A stretch of 64,000 nt of DNA from a phage, in the sequence record PZ386974.1. One strand, given 5' to 3'. The notes beneath the pieces were generated by a model, which worked only from the letters and a program-made list of their open reading frames with translations, made no database searches and was not told where the DNA came from. The number at the start of each line of letters is the position of its first letter. Within the stretch, counting starts at the first letter, position 1. The position numbers and the translations under genes are program-made. Positions 1 through 9,548 of the stretch are shown here, piece by piece.

Positions 1-841
1 TTTTACCAGGTGCAACTTGGTCATAACATTCTGAAACTAATTTATCGATGAACCATGAATAATCTGCGGCATATTTTGGAGCTAATGCACGAAGCTGTTT
101 GATATCTTTGTTCTTCATTGCTTCGATAACATCAGAGACTGTGCCACGGTCATTAGTTACGATAGACAAAATACCCGCATCAAGAACACCTTTAGACGAG
201 TACTGGTCTAATTGGCCAATTGTACGACGAAAGTCCGGGAAGTTCTTTTTAACCAGAGCTGCAACAACTTTCATATCAGCGATTTCGATATTTTCATTCT
301 TACAGATTTCAACCATACGATGAATCATTTTCTTCATCATCGAGATTTTATCTTCTTCGGTTGGACGTCCGAATTCGATAACTCGACAACGACTACGTAA
401 CGGTTCGATAATTCCATCGATGTTGTTGGCAGTAATAATAATAGAACAGTTACTAGAGAATTCTTCCATAAACGTACGAAGGTGACGTTGTGATTCGGCG
501 AGACCACTACGATCAAATTCATCAATAACAATAACTTTAGGCTTGCCTTCCATTGAGACTGAACGAGCGAATGCAGTTAATGGACCACGCACAAAATCAA
601 TCTTACAATCAGAACCGTTGACGAACATCATTTCGGCATTGATATCATTACATAATGCTTTTGCTACGGTTGTTTTACCTGTACCAGGAGAAGGAGAGTG
701 CAAAATAATATGAGGAAGTTTTCCTTTAGATACTAAAGACTTGAATGTTTCATGGTCATACGCAGGCAGAATACATTCGTCAATGGAAGAAGGACGATAT
801 TTCTGTTCTAGAATGTGTTCTTTGGAATTGATAGTAATCAT
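1..841 (-). CDS. 44: Clamp loader large subunit gp44 (AAA+ ATPase); C-terminal ~38 aa lie beyond the window start
   Basis: Minus-strand ORF with ATG at 841..839 running off position 1; own translation MITINSKEHILEQKYRPS... with Walker A SPSPGTGKTT and Walker B VIVIDEFD; matches T4 gp44 as recalled. Confidence 0.9.
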   Translation of the reverse strand, partial: MITINSKEHILEQKYRPSSIDECILPAYDHETFKSLVSKGKLPHIILHSPSPGTGKTTVAKALCNDINAEMMFVNGSDCKIDFVRGPLTAFARSVSMEGKPKVIVIDEFDRSGLAESQRHLRTFMEEFSSNCSIIITANNIDGIIEPLRSRCRVIEFGRPTEEDKISMMKKMIHRMVEICKNENIEIADMKVVAALVKKNFPDFRRTIGQLDQYSSKGVLDAGILSIVTNDRGTVSDVIEAMKNKDIKQLRALAPKYAADYSWFIDKLVSECYDQVAPGK

Positions 842-916
842 GTAATTTTCCTCATTATCATTAAACTGGAGGATTTCTCCTCCATAATCGTACTACATTA
901 AACGTAAAGCTTTGAC

Positions 917-1603
917 TTAGAAGTCGTGAGTAGAATCGGCTTCCATCGCAATAACATAACTTACTTGAGAGCTTTCAAACTTAGCTGCAACTTTATCACC
1001 AGCTCCCCACAACATTACTTTATAGTTACCTGGCTGAATTTTCATATTAGCCATATTGATTACGAAGTTAAAGTTGTTAGAACCATCATAATCAGTAAGA
1101 GTCAAAGAATACTTAGGACGAGTTAGTCCAGAATCTTCAACTTTATTATAACCATTGATAACAATTTTACCATCTTTATTTGTAATAGCAATTGTATCAA
1201 TCTGGAGACCACGTGAAACTCGAAGCAATTGTTGAAGGTCTTCAGCTTTAATTTCAGTAATCACAGAAGCCACCGGGAATTGAATTGGCTTATTAGGAAA
1301 AACAATGGTGCTCTTGTCGGCAGCAGGCCAATAAACTGTGGAACGTGTATCTGCAATTTTAATATTGCCGTCAGTGTGCATTGAAATTTCAGCATCGTCA
1401 GACACTAGACTCAAAATGCTTAAGAAGCTATTCAAATCATAAAGTGCTACGTCAAAATCAATTTCATCAGAGATATTTGCTTCCGCATAAGTGGTGCCAT
1501 TAACTGCACGAGTCATAATAAATTTACCTTGACTCAGCAGAATGCCGGAGTTAATAGAGGCAAAGTTTTTCAGAATAGCGATAGTATCTTTAGACAGTTT
1601 CAT
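917..1603 (-). CDS. 45: Sliding clamp gp45
   Basis: Track ORF 917..1618; first codon is TTG, true ATG at 1603 gives MKLSKDT...ADSTHDF (228 aa), near-identical to T4 gp45 as recalled. Confidence 0.93.
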   Translation of the reverse strand: MKLSKDTIAILKNFASINSGILLSQGKFIMTRAVNGTTYAEANISDEIDFDVALYDLNSFLSILSLVSDDAEISMHTDGNIKIADTRSTVYWPAADKSTIVFPNKPIQFPVASVITEIKAEDLQQLLRVSRGLQIDTIAITNKDGKIVINGYNKVEDSGLTRPKYSLTLTDYDGSNNFNFVINMANMKIQPGNYKVMLWGAGDKVAAKFESSQVSYVIAMEADSTHDF

Positions 1604-1645
1604 TTTATTTCCTTTCAAGACAATTCAAAGTTTATAACAAATTTA

Positions 1646-2062
1646 TTATGCAGCAACCATCTGCTTTTTAATAGCTTCAGGCAGTGATTCAATATATTCT
1701 GGAATTTTAGAAGCAACAATTTCACCAGCTGCAATTAGTTGTTCGTCGGCATCAACACAGTAAAAATCTTCAAGGCGTTCAGAACCGTCTTTATCAAGAA
1801 CGATTTTAGCACCTGCTTCGATAGAATCTTTATAGTGCTTACGCATCAAATGAATCCACATATCAGACACATCGTTATCAATAAAACCATAAATCATAAA
1901 ACGAGTTTCTTGTGGCAAAGATTGGAGTTTTTTAGCACTTGCGTCATCACAATGCAGGACCCATGCTTTACGAACACGATTATGGTTATGCGGGTTAGCG
2001 TCAGTACGGATAGAAGTAACTTTCAGATCAGCAGCGGTAAAACCTTTAGCAGTAGTAAACAT
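1646..2062 (-). CDS. rpbA: RNA polymerase binding protein RpbA
   Basis: 138 aa ORF immediately downstream of gene 45, the T4 rpbA position and size class. Confidence 0.7.
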   Translation of the reverse strand: MFTTAKGFTAADLKVTSIRTDANPHNHNRVRKAWVLHCDDASAKKLQSLPQETRFMIYGFIDNDVSDMWIHLMRKHYKDSIEAGAKIVLDKDGSERLEDFYCVDADEQLIAAGEIVASKIPEYIESLPEAIKKQMVAA

Positions 2063-2074
2063 ATTATTTCTCTC

Positions 2075-2275
2075 TTATTCGTAGAAGTCGGTAACTGTCC
2101 ATGCGGAATTGCGATTAGACATTATTTTATTATACTCATCTTTAAAAGCAGATTTGAGCATTTGTTCAGTAACAATATGTTCTTCACCTGAAAACGTATT
2201 GGTCAAAACATATTTTTTAATTTCAGGGACAACGAGAAGATGTTGGCCAGTTGAATACTCCATGTTGTTCTCCAT
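2075..2275 (-). CDS. Hypothetical protein (T4 45.2 position)
   Basis: 66 aa ORF between rpbA and gene 46, ATG start. Confidence 0.5.
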   Translation of the reverse strand: MENNMEYSTGQHLLVVPEIKKYVLTNTFSGEEHIVTEQMLKSAFKDEYNKIMSNRNSAWTVTDFYE

Positions 2276-2317
2276 TTAATTTGATGTGGTCATTATAACC
2301 ACATCGTGTTAAAGCGT

Positions 2318-4006
2318 TTATGAAACAGTCATTACAGTAAATCGTCCAACTTTGCTCATCCGAAGATGTTGTCCATAACGTTGAGGGTCATGGTCTCGAT
2401 GAGAGATAATGAACACATTAGTATTTTGTAAACTTCCAAGAATGGTATCTATAGCCTTAACAGCCTCAGAATCGACAGCCCCGTCAAAAACCTCATCAAG
2501 AATCAGAGTGTTGATTTTAACACCAGAGACCTTTTCAGCAATATCTCTCCATGTAAACAACAATGCGATATCGATACGTGCCTTTTCACCTTGACTAAAT
2601 GAAGCATAACTAAAATCTTCACGACCACGTGATTTTATAGATTCATTGAATTCTTCGTCAATAGAAAACACGTAATCAGCTTCCATGATTTTAAGATAAT
2701 GGTTAATCTGCTTGTTGAACAGAGGCACATATTTTTTAATGATAGCACCTTTAATACCAGAATCTTTTAACATATCTGTGATAATACCACGATGGTATTT
2801 TTCAAGAACGATATCCGATTTTGTTTTAATGATTTTATCAAGTTCTTTTTGAAGCAAAGCTATCTCATCGGCATGGTCGATAAATTCTGCTGAGGCTTGC
2901 TCTATTGCAGCTTTAACTTTCTTAGCTTTATCAATAGTGGCAATCATTGCTTGTTTCTTGGTATGAATATCAGATGCAAGGTCCTGTTTAGTCTTAACAT
3001 TAGCTCTATATTCGTCCACTAGGACACTCAGATTATCTCTGTGACATGTAAGTTGCTCGAATGAGTGATTACATTCGTGAAGCTTATCGGTAATCTTAGA
3101 GACAATAGGATCACCCTGGTGCAACTGTGATGCACAAGTAGGACATGTGCCACCATCATGATACATCTTAATAACTTTGTTGTATGAGTCGATTTTAGAT
3201 TTAATCAAGAATGCTTCTTGTCCTATCTTGTTGAATGCCTCAGTAGGGTCTTCATCAAGAACGATATTAAGTAGTCGCTCATTAGCTTCTTCGATTTCTG
3301 CTTTTAATGAACGAGCTTCTTTGGCTAGGTCGTCATACATATTCTGTAGACGCGCTACATTATCACCAGATAATTTCTTTTGACGTTCGATATTCTCGTT
3401 ATAAATCTTAATTTGTTGGATAACACCATCTTTCTTGGCATCGAGAACTTGTCCCTGGGAATTAAGTTCTCGAACTTGAGACTTATTGATTTTATCCATT
3501 TCGGCGAGTGTGCCGACTTCTAAAAGGTCTTCGACAAGTTTTCTACGAGCAGGGGTGCTAAGAGCCATGAAAGGGGTATACCCTGCCGTCCCAAGCACAA
3601 CGATCTGTTTAAAAGACGCGTATGACATTCCGATGCTACGTTCAAATTCTTCTTGGAAGTCACGACTGCTGGCAGATTCATCGAGACGAACACCGTCAAC
3701 GGAGATTTCGAAAATATTGGGCTTTTGGCCACGTCTAATGAAGTATTTTTTATCATCGAATTCCATCCAAAGCTCAACTAAGAGCTCTTTCTTGTTCGTG
3801 CTATTAATGATTTGTCCTTTCTTAACATCACGAAATGGTTTACCGAAAAGTCCGAAAGTAATGGCTTCTAACATCGTAGATTTACCACCGCCATTTTTAC
3901 CAGTGATTAATGTCTTTTGGACTTTATCTAATTGGATATCAATAGGATTCCCACCTACCGACATGATGTTTTGATAACGAACACGATTTAATTTAAATGA
4001 TTTCAT
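2318..4006 (-). CDS. 46: Recombination endonuclease subunit gp46 (Rad50/SbcC-like ATPase)
   Basis: 562 aa; N-terminal P-loop GKNGGGKST, long coiled-coil, CxxC hook-like motif (GGTCPTCAS), C-terminal LILDEVFD Walker B; T4 gp46 size. Confidence 0.92.
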   Translation of the reverse strand: MKSFKLNRVRYQNIMSVGGNPIDIQLDKVQKTLITGKNGGGKSTMLEAITFGLFGKPFRDVKKGQIINSTNKKELLVELWMEFDDKKYFIRRGQKPNIFEISVDGVRLDESASSRDFQEEFERSIGMSYASFKQIVVLGTAGYTPFMALSTPARRKLVEDLLEVGTLAEMDKINKSQVRELNSQGQVLDAKKDGVIQQIKIYNENIERQKKLSGDNVARLQNMYDDLAKEARSLKAEIEEANERLLNIVLDEDPTEAFNKIGQEAFLIKSKIDSYNKVIKMYHDGGTCPTCASQLHQGDPIVSKITDKLHECNHSFEQLTCHRDNLSVLVDEYRANVKTKQDLASDIHTKKQAMIATIDKAKKVKAAIEQASAEFIDHADEIALLQKELDKIIKTKSDIVLEKYHRGIITDMLKDSGIKGAIIKKYVPLFNKQINHYLKIMEADYVFSIDEEFNESIKSRGREDFSYASFSQGEKARIDIALLFTWRDIAEKVSGVKINTLILDEVFDGAVDSEAVKAIDTILGSLQNTNVFIISHRDHDPQRYGQHLRMSKVGRFTVMTVS

Positions 4007-4251
4007 ATGTATTCTCTTCGAATGAAGTCCTCTACATATTTTAACATGTCATCTCTATCAGCAAAATATTCATCTAGTTCTGCATACATAACAACACCTG
4101 GCGCGTACTCACAGGTAACATACATTGTTCCAAAGAAACTAGGAGTTGATTCCTCGTAATTCTCAGTCCATTCAACGATACCAATATAACCGTCACCAAT
4201 ACTAAATTCATGACGATGGATTTCATAATCAGTCTTCGTCATTATACGCAT
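4003..4251 (-). CDS. Hypothetical protein (46.1 position)
   Basis: Track ORF 4003..4257; internal ATG at 4251; overlaps gp46 start (coupled). Confidence 0.5.
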   Translation of the reverse strand: MRIMTKTDYEIHRHEFSIGDGYIGIVEWTENYEESTPSFFGTMYVTCEYAPGVVMYAELDEYFADRDDMLKYVEDFIRREYI

Positions 4252-4486
4252 CCTCAATACACGCTTCAGCCATTTTAAGAATAGAGCCAGGAGTATCGTT
4301 GTCCATTATATTAAAGCTAAATTCAATAGCCCAGTCGGTGCAGACATGAACTGCTTTAACTTCATTGCCTTCAACGCGTAATGGCTCAATCCAATACTTG
4401 ATAGTGTTCTCGAATCCATCATCATCTTTAACGTCAATTTCAACTTCAAGGTTGAGTCCAGCATTGTTAAATTCATCTAAAGTCAT
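4229..4486 (-). CDS. Hypothetical protein (46.2 position)
   Basis: 85 aa acidic ORF with ATG start, overlaps neighbours. Confidence 0.5.
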   Translation of the reverse strand: MTLDEFNNAGLNLEVEIDVKDDDGFENTIKYWIEPLRVEGNEVKAVHVCTDWAIEFSFNIMDNDTPGSILKMAEACIEDAYNDED

Positions 4487-5502
4487 TGTGTTGCCTCGAT
4501 ATAAAGTTCGTTGGAATATTTGACCAGCGCTTCTCTGTCTTCGTCTGAGATATCTGGAATCGCGTCAATATATTCTTTAATGATATCTTGAAGTGATTTA
4601 ATCTCTATTTCCTGGTCGTCATCAGATTCAACACTGTTATCAACTTTAGAAACCATACGAAGAGAGTGAACTACTTTTTCAAGTTCAGATTCAAACTTAG
4701 TCAACTCTGAATCGATTTCTGATACTATAACACGTACGGCTAGATTAGTATAATCAGAATAATTGATTTTGCCTTTAAACGGATAAGTGATTCGTCGATG
4801 CCATGTTGTTTCATTAGGAATAAATTCCATACGTTCAACATCAGTGTCAAATACCCAGAATCCTCGAGGGTCGTTCTCATCGCCTGCAGTAAGGGTCCAT
4901 GGTGTCCCAATATATTTGACGTTAGCAGCTTCAGAGATTGTGTGGAAGTGGCCGGACCAGACTTGTTTATAGGTCTTTAAGAAATCAGGTTCAAGCCCAT
5001 GAGACTTCATTCCTTTATAGAAATAAAAGCCATTCAGTTCCCAGTGCCCAACACAATACGCTGCGGAAGAAGTCTTGATGTGCTCTAAGATTTCACCTGT
5101 ATTTTCTTCACACATCCATGGAACGATATCAATCAGACATCCGTCAAAATCTACAGTAGTTGGATGTTCATAAATAGTAAAGTTTTCAAATTGAGTTAAC
5201 AATTCAGAAACAGTGTTAGGTGTTATTGTATTCTTAAACGCCATGTCATGGTTTCCTATCGTGACATGAACGTGAATGCCTGCTTTAGAAATCATATCAA
5301 CGATTTCACGATTGAATTCCATTGTACGATGTGTTATTGCTTTACGGACGTCAAACCAATCACCGTACTGAATCCAAGTTTTAATCCCGTGTTTCTTAGA
5401 GTATTCAATTGCTTGTCGAATACCATCACGTTGAATATCTTGAACCCATGGGTCGTCTTGTTTGACTCCGATATGGAAGTCGCCTAAGTGCAAAATTTTC
5501 AT
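4483..5502 (-). CDS. 47: Recombination endonuclease subunit gp47 (Mre11/SbcD-like phosphoesterase)
   Basis: 339 aa; calcineurin-like phosphoesterase motifs (MKILHLGDFHIG, GNHD, GHWE); T4 gp47 length. Confidence 0.92.
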   Translation of the reverse strand: MKILHLGDFHIGVKQDDPWVQDIQRDGIRQAIEYSKKHGIKTWIQYGDWFDVRKAITHRTMEFNREIVDMISKAGIHVHVTIGNHDMAFKNTITPNTVSELLTQFENFTIYEHPTTVDFDGCLIDIVPWMCEENTGEILEHIKTSSAAYCVGHWELNGFYFYKGMKSHGLEPDFLKTYKQVWSGHFHTISEAANVKYIGTPWTLTAGDENDPRGFWVFDTDVERMEFIPNETTWHRRITYPFKGKINYSDYTNLAVRVIVSEIDSELTKFESELEKVVHSLRMVSKVDNSVESDDDQEIEIKSLQDIIKEYIDAIPDISDEDREALVKYSNELYIEATQ

Positions 5503-5554
5503 ATTATTTCCTCATTAGTTAATTCATTTTATCATCCGTTTATAAAGCAAAAAA

Positions 5555-5572
5555 GGAACTCCGAAGAGTTCC
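5555..5572 (-). terminator. Intrinsic terminator hairpin GGAACTC-UUCG-GAGUUCC followed by a U-run on the minus strand
   Basis: Perfect 7 bp stem with UUCG tetraloop, then TTTTTT on the minus strand; coordinates approximate. Confidence 0.55.
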
Positions 5573-5745
5573 TATCCACATAATACACCGTACAGAGGCT
5601 CATTTGAACTTTTAAATCGAATGGGCTTGTACGTAATAGTTCCTTCGGCTTTAGCTTTATCATAAGACTCTTTAAAACGTCTCATTCTTTCTGCTTTGCC
5701 TTTACGGATTTTATCGAAATTTTCAGAAGTCGGGATGTTCGTCAT
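5572..5745 (-). CDS. Small hypothetical protein (about 57 aa, below track threshold)
   Basis: Own translation MTNIPTSENFDKIRKGKAERMRRFKESYDKAKAEGTITYKPIRFKSSNEPLYGVLCG with AGGTG upstream; stop abuts the terminator hairpin; coordinates approximate. Confidence 0.35.
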   Translation of the reverse strand: MTNIPTSENFDKIRKGKAERMRRFKESYDKAKAEGTITYKPIRFKSSNEPLYGVLCG

Positions 5746-5965
5746 GCATAAGCACCTCTCAGAAAATGCCTAAATCAATTTCTCTCATCGTTTCCACCAT
5801 TTCTTAACTTGAAATGAATCGACCCACACGAGTTGTTTTGGGTCTGCCTTTACAATAGGCGGACAAATTTCTGTAATAGAACCGTCGTGATATTCCTTTT
5901 CAGAAATTTTAACACAAAGAGGACCTCCCAATTTAAGGGTGAACCCTGCGTTCAGCTTCAGACGT

Positions 5966-6289
5966 TTAAACTTTGTTTGAACTAGCGCCATTAATGATGT
6001 CCTCAATAGCCTGACGAGTAGTAACCCACTGGATTTTAATTAACTTGTCATTGTACGGTTGTCGTAGAATATCCCGAGATTTCTTAATAGCATATTCGTA
6101 AGCTTCGAAGTTGTTTTGAATTGCTGCTTCTTGAGCATGAGCATAAAGACGGTTTAGTTCAAAACGATTCTTTTTAAGAATCTTTTCGGATTTTTTACGT
6201 GCTTCAGCTTCATTTTTCTTTTGGATTTCTTGTAGCATTTTAGCTACTGCATCTTCTGCTTCTTTATTTTCAATAATCTCGGTAGTCAT
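5966..6289 (-). CDS. Hypothetical protein
   Basis: 107 aa track ORF between genes 47 and 55. Confidence 0.5.
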   Translation of the reverse strand: MTTEIIENKEAEDAVAKMLQEIQKKNEAEARKKSEKILKKNRFELNRLYAHAQEAAIQNNFEAYEYAIKKSRDILRQPYNDKLIKIQWVTTRQAIEDIINGASSNKV

Positions 6290-6290
6290 A

Positions 6291-6506
6291 TTATCTCATT
6301 AAATTAAAATAAAAACGTCCATCCTCTTCAATACAGAACTCATACTCAACCGGAGTCCCGTTTATTGAAAATGACACGTCATGTGGGTTCAAAGGGTCGA
6401 TGTCAAAATTAATTTTAAATTCACGACCCAACAGTTTTACCAAATAAGGGATTGCTTCGTCAAAAGGTTCTTCTAAGTAGTTAGAGATGTCAATTGTCAT
6501 CCTCAT
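6291..6506 (-). CDS. Hypothetical protein (start overlaps gene 55 stop)
   Basis: Track ORF 6291..6584 extends into gene 55 in another frame; ATG (MRMTIDIS...) sits at the gene 55 stop. Confidence 0.45.
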   Translation of the reverse strand: MRMTIDISNYLEEPFDEAIPYLVKLLGREFKINFDIDPLNPHDVSFSINGTPVEYEFCIEEDGRFYFNLMR

Positions 6507-7047
6507 ATAAAAAATCCAAACTAGGCGAATCGCTAACAACTTCCTTCTTTTCAGCCCCAGGAGCTTTATAAGCGGATTCTTCATAATGCGTCATTTTATC
6601 GTAGATGTCTTGAATAAACGTTTCATCTACCAACGCTACCATATCATCGTCATGACTGTCATAGACATTATGAACGAAGTAACTATATTTCTTTGCAACT
6701 TCCTTACGTTCTTTTTTGATACGTTGGACAAAAGCATTAAAACAAGCTCGAGTTATGTATGCATGTGGGTTATTGTACTTAGTTTCGTCGAAATTATGAA
6801 GTCCCTTAATAGAGGCTTCAATCCCATCTGCAATCATCTCCTGCTTCCAAGACTGGGTATATCCTGAAAAGTTGAAACGTTTGGACAGGCCTTCGGCGAT
6901 AAGCATAATTGCTAAACCGATGGTATCATTCTGACGAATAATTTTGTTTGGGTCTTTATTATTTAAGAGCTCCTTTTTCCACTCGATTATAGCGGCGAGA
7001 AGCTCTTTATTATTCACATAGTTATTTTTAGGTTTTTGTTCAGTCAT
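6490..7047 (-). CDS. 55: Late-transcription sigma factor gp55
   Basis: Track ORF 6490..7065 begins at TTG; ATG at 7047 gives a 185 aa protein ([10 protein letters not shown]...[12 protein letters not shown]) matching T4 gp55 as recalled. Confidence 0.93.
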   Translation of the reverse strand: MTEQKPKNNYVNNKELLAAIIEWKKELLNNKDPNKIIRQNDTIGLAIMLIAEGLSKRFNFSGYTQSWKQEMIADGIEASIKGLHNFDETKYNNPHAYITRACFNAFVQRIKKERKEVAKKYSYFVHNVYDSHDDDMVALVDETFIQDIYDKMTHYEESAYKAPGAEKKEVVSDSPSLDFLYEDDN

Positions 7048-7069
7048 AAGTACCTCTTGGCTCAATTCA

Positions 7070-7103
7070 TAGGTCTATTATATCATAATATTTAGAGACC
7101 TAT
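7070..7103 (-). promoter_or_regulatory. Promoter-associated inverted repeat (PeSL-like) upstream of gene 55
   Basis: ATAGGTCT...AGACCTAT arms flanking an AT-rich segment containing TATAAT on the minus strand; coordinates approximate. Confidence 0.4.
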
Positions 7104-7119
7104 CTTAAAGCACGAGATA

Positions 7120-7389
7120 CTATCGGAGCAAACAATAAGCCTGAAACACTTTTTCCATTAAACGTTTGAACTCATGGATATCGATATAAAACTCAGTAAG
7201 ACCGGCATTATAAAGAAAATCTAAAAAGTTATCATGTGTTTCGTTATAGTCGCCTTCGTTTAATTGAGATACATGAGTTTCCCAAAAACCAACACCTTTA
7301 ACGAATGGAAAATACGTGACTTTCATGAAGTTATCGACGTAAAATTCGCCCAGCTTTTCTTCAGTTATACTGATTCGAGTTAATTTCAT
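7120..7389 (-). CDS. Hypothetical protein
   Basis: 89 aa track ORF. Confidence 0.5.
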   Translation of the reverse strand: MKLTRISITEEKLGEFYVDNFMKVTYFPFVKGVGFWETHVSQLNEGDYNETHDNFLDFLYNAGLTEFYIDIHEFKRLMEKVFQAYCLLR

Positions 7390-7613
7390 TTTAGTTCCTT
7401 TGCTGCTTCAAGAGCAGCATCCAGCGAATCAAATTGGTCAACGAAATCAATATTCAACGCATCGTCAACCGTAGCATATAACCACCATTGTTTGAATTCA
7501 TATTCTAGGATAAATCCAGGCCCTTCAATCTGAGGAAGACCTAGACTATTTGTACCAACTTCGTAACCAGCTAGACGCAGGTCATTAATCAAAGTTTCTG
7601 TTAATACGCTCAT
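7386..7613 (-). CDS. Hypothetical protein (acidic)
   Basis: 75 aa track ORF overlapping neighbours by 4 nt. Confidence 0.5.
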   Translation of the reverse strand: MSVLTETLINDLRLAGYEVGTNSLGLPQIEGPGFILEYEFKQWWLYATVDDALNIDFVDQFDSLDAALEAAKELK

Positions 7614-7942
7614 TTTACCGCCTTAACAATTTTAAGGTCAACGAATTTTTTCTTACGTTGATTTTTCATACGACGGATAGTCTTTTCAGAGATTTCATGT
7701 TTCTGATAAGCTTTAGATTCAACACCAAATGCAGCAACGTCAAATTCAGAAAGAATATATTGTACTAGAATTTCACGAATAGAATTACGTCCAATTTTCT
7801 GGTCGTGTTTTTGCATGATTTCGTAAAGACGGAATTCCCATGCGTCAAGAACTTGAGGAGTAACAATATTGCCAGATTCCAGAAGAGCAACAACTTTATC
7901 GAAAGCGAAAGAATTAACTACGTTTTTGATTTTAGTAGACAT
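7610..7942 (-). CDS. Hypothetical protein
   Basis: Track ORF 7610..7981; internal ATG at 7942 (MSTKIKN...) with Shine-Dalgarno. Confidence 0.5.
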   Translation of the reverse strand: MSTKIKNVVNSFAFDKVVALLESGNIVTPQVLDAWEFRLYEIMQKHDQKIGRNSIREILVQYILSEFDVAAFGVESKAYQKHEISEKTIRRMKNQRKKKFVDLKIVKAVK

Positions 7943-7957
7943 ATTATTTTCCTCGGT

Positions 7958-8010
7958 TATTTTATTATCCAACGAGAGCATTATACTCTGCTCCCAAGAG
8001 TCTGTACACT
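7958..8010 (-). promoter_or_regulatory. PeSL-like early promoter with inverted repeat around the -10 element
   Basis: Minus strand reads GTACAG-N17-TATAAT with GAGAGCA/TGCTCTC arms; near-identical copy at about 37355-37410; coordinates approximate. Confidence 0.45.
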
Positions 8011-8248
8011 ATTTTTTAAGCATGAAAAGTAAGTAATTTGTATCACGTGGAGTAATATCAACACCCATATCAAAGATGCCTTTATAGATCGGGTATTTGT
8101 TTTCGGTTGTATCGAAGCTGAAACTATTTCCATCACAACTAACAGTAATAGCATCTGTTAAAATGTCATACTCAATCCTAACAATTGAATCCCCAATTTT
8201 AACGTCGAGGTGTTTTTTGAATTTGATAAAATCTAATTCTTGGGCCAT
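8009..8248 (-). CDS. Hypothetical protein
   Basis: 79 aa track ORF with ATG start. Confidence 0.5.
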   Translation of the reverse strand: MAQELDFIKFKKHLDVKIGDSIVRIEYDILTDAITVSCDGNSFSFDTTENKYPIYKGIFDMGVDITPRDTNYLLFMLKK

Positions 8249-8270
8249 GATATTTTCCTCATTTTAAGAC

Positions 8271-8308
8271 GATAGGAAGATAATAACATGTCTTCCTATC
8301 GTTGTACA
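8271..8308 (-). promoter_or_regulatory. PeSL-like promoter/stem-loop (GATAGGAAGA...TCTTCCTATC)
   Basis: 10 bp inverted repeat enclosing an AT-rich -10-like loop, TGTACA -35-like element; coordinates approximate. Confidence 0.4.
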
Positions 8309-8311
8309 TTA

Positions 8312-8512
8312 TTAACCGAACTTTTTAGCGCCTTTCCAGCCTTCGTACATAACTGCACAAGTCAGTAGTACAGCGTGCTGGCATTCTTTGTATTTGTAAA
8401 TCCAGAACCAGCGTAAGAAGTCTTCATCCTCAACGCCGTTGAGTTTCATATTGGCAAAGAATTCGGCACGTTCTTCACGAAGCTTTTGCGATAACATAGA
8501 TTCAGGATTCAT
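8312..8512 (-). CDS. Hypothetical protein
   Basis: 66 aa track ORF. Confidence 0.45.
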   Translation of the reverse strand: MNPESMLSQKLREERAEFFANMKLNGVEDEDFLRWFWIYKYKECQHAVLLTCAVMYEGWKGAKKFG

Positions 8513-8643
8513 TTTGTGTTCCAGGCCCCATTTTCATCGATGAACTTAATCCAGTCATTTACAGACCATTTAGTTGTATCACCCTTTGGATTAACATTTA
8601 AAGTATATAATCCCTGCTTAAAAAGCATTCGTTTGATATTCAT
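8509..8643 (-). CDS. Small hypothetical protein (start uncertain)
   Basis: Track ORF 8509..8736 overlaps 8651..8971 in another frame; internal ATG (MNIKRMLFKQ...) taken as start. Confidence 0.3.
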   Translation of the reverse strand: MNIKRMLFKQGLYTLNVNPKGDTTKWSVNDWIKFIDENGAWNTK

Positions 8644-8650
8644 AATTTCC

Positions 8651-8944
8651 TCAACTGTAACGATAACATTCGTTAGCTTTACGTTTGGCTTCAGTATGAG
8701 AAGTATTATAATCATAATCTTCTTTACTGTAAACATCTTTTTTCAACTTACGAACTTCTTTGCGGAGTTGTCGATTCATTTCATTCTTGACTTCAGAATC
8801 AACGCCTTTCATACGTTTCCATTTATCTGAGCGGAAAATGTTTTCAACCATGTCTTTGTGGCTAACACCGTCAGGAGCTTTACGCTTACCAAAATAGTCG
8901 TAATCGCGAACTTTCAAATCTTTACGACGATATGTTTTACCCAT
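8651..8944 (-). CDS. Hypothetical basic protein (Lys/Arg-rich)
   Basis: Track ORF 8651..8971 begins at TTG; ATG at 8944 (MGKTYRRKDLK...). Confidence 0.45.
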   Translation of the reverse strand: MGKTYRRKDLKVRDYDYFGKRKAPDGVSHKDMVENIFRSDKWKRMKGVDSEVKNEMNRQLRKEVRKLKKDVYSKEDYDYNTSHTEAKRKANECYRYS

Positions 8945-8951
8945 AAGTACC

Positions 8952-9200
8952 TCAGAGGTTGATCGATACAACGCGTTTGATAAAATTCACTTCACTTACT
9001 GAAAGGTCTTTAAGACCGATTGATTCTAAACGCTGAGTAAGCGTCAACATCGGGATATAATCCCATTGAGTTTTATTTGCTTGATAAGTACGAACGCCAT
9101 TAGCAATTTCAACATGCAAATCGGAAATGGTAATGAATACCGGATGCTCGTCATTAACTTTAAGGGTTAGAACAACCTTCTTTGAATCTAAACTAATCAT
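8952..9200 (-). CDS. Hypothetical protein
   Basis: 82 aa track ORF with ATG start. Confidence 0.5.
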   Translation of the reverse strand: MISLDSKKVVLTLKVNDEHPVFITISDLHVEIANGVRTYQANKTQWDYIPMLTLTQRLESIGLKDLSVSEVNFIKRVVSINL

Positions 9201-9379
9201 GGCTTAATTTCCTTCGCAATTGAACAGAAGATACTACGGTCACAAAGCATTTCACCAATTTCTGGATATTTGATTGAACGGTACCAAACATCCAGGCTTG
9301 AAACTCTGGTTATCTGTACTGCATTACCGTTGACAGAATAGTACTGGTCAACCTTAATTTCTTTATCTTCAATTGTCAT
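9197..9379 (-). CDS. Hypothetical protein (60 aa)
   Basis: Track ORF 9197..9541 begins at GTG with a low-complexity N-terminus; ATG at 9379 (MTIEDKEIK...) is preceded by GAGGAAAACAAA. Confidence 0.45.
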   Translation of the reverse strand: MTIEDKEIKVDQYYSVNGNAVQITRVSSLDVWYRSIKYPEIGEMLCDRSIFCSIAKEIKP

Positions 9380-9527
9380 TTTGTTTTCCTCTGTGGTAGA
9401 TGGTGCTAATCTTAACATATCTATCGAGGATGTAAACTGTTTTATGAAAATATTTTTGATTTGAGAGGGGCACAAGGAGATAATGAAGTGAAGATTCCAA
9501 TGGATTATATTAGAAATGAGATAAAGA

Positions 9528-9548
9528 AGACCAGGCGGCACCTGGTCA
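9528..9548 (-). terminator. Hairpin GACCAGG-tgccg-CCTGGTC at the 3' end of the nrdH-like gene
   Basis: 7 bp perfect stem overlapping the stop codon, followed by a T-rich tract on the minus strand; coordinates approximate. Confidence 0.4.

Noticed and set aside
99-531. Track ORFs 99..323(+), 212..400(+) and 337..531(-) inside the gene 44 region
   Set aside because: They lie within or antisense to the gp44 coding frame, which has strong Walker A/B motifs; composition is low-complexity. Treated as spurious.
3486-3974. 162 aa plus-strand ORF antisense to gene 46
   Set aside because: Entirely within the well-supported gp46 gene on the opposite strand; Ser/Leu-rich antisense translation typical of AT-rich DNA.
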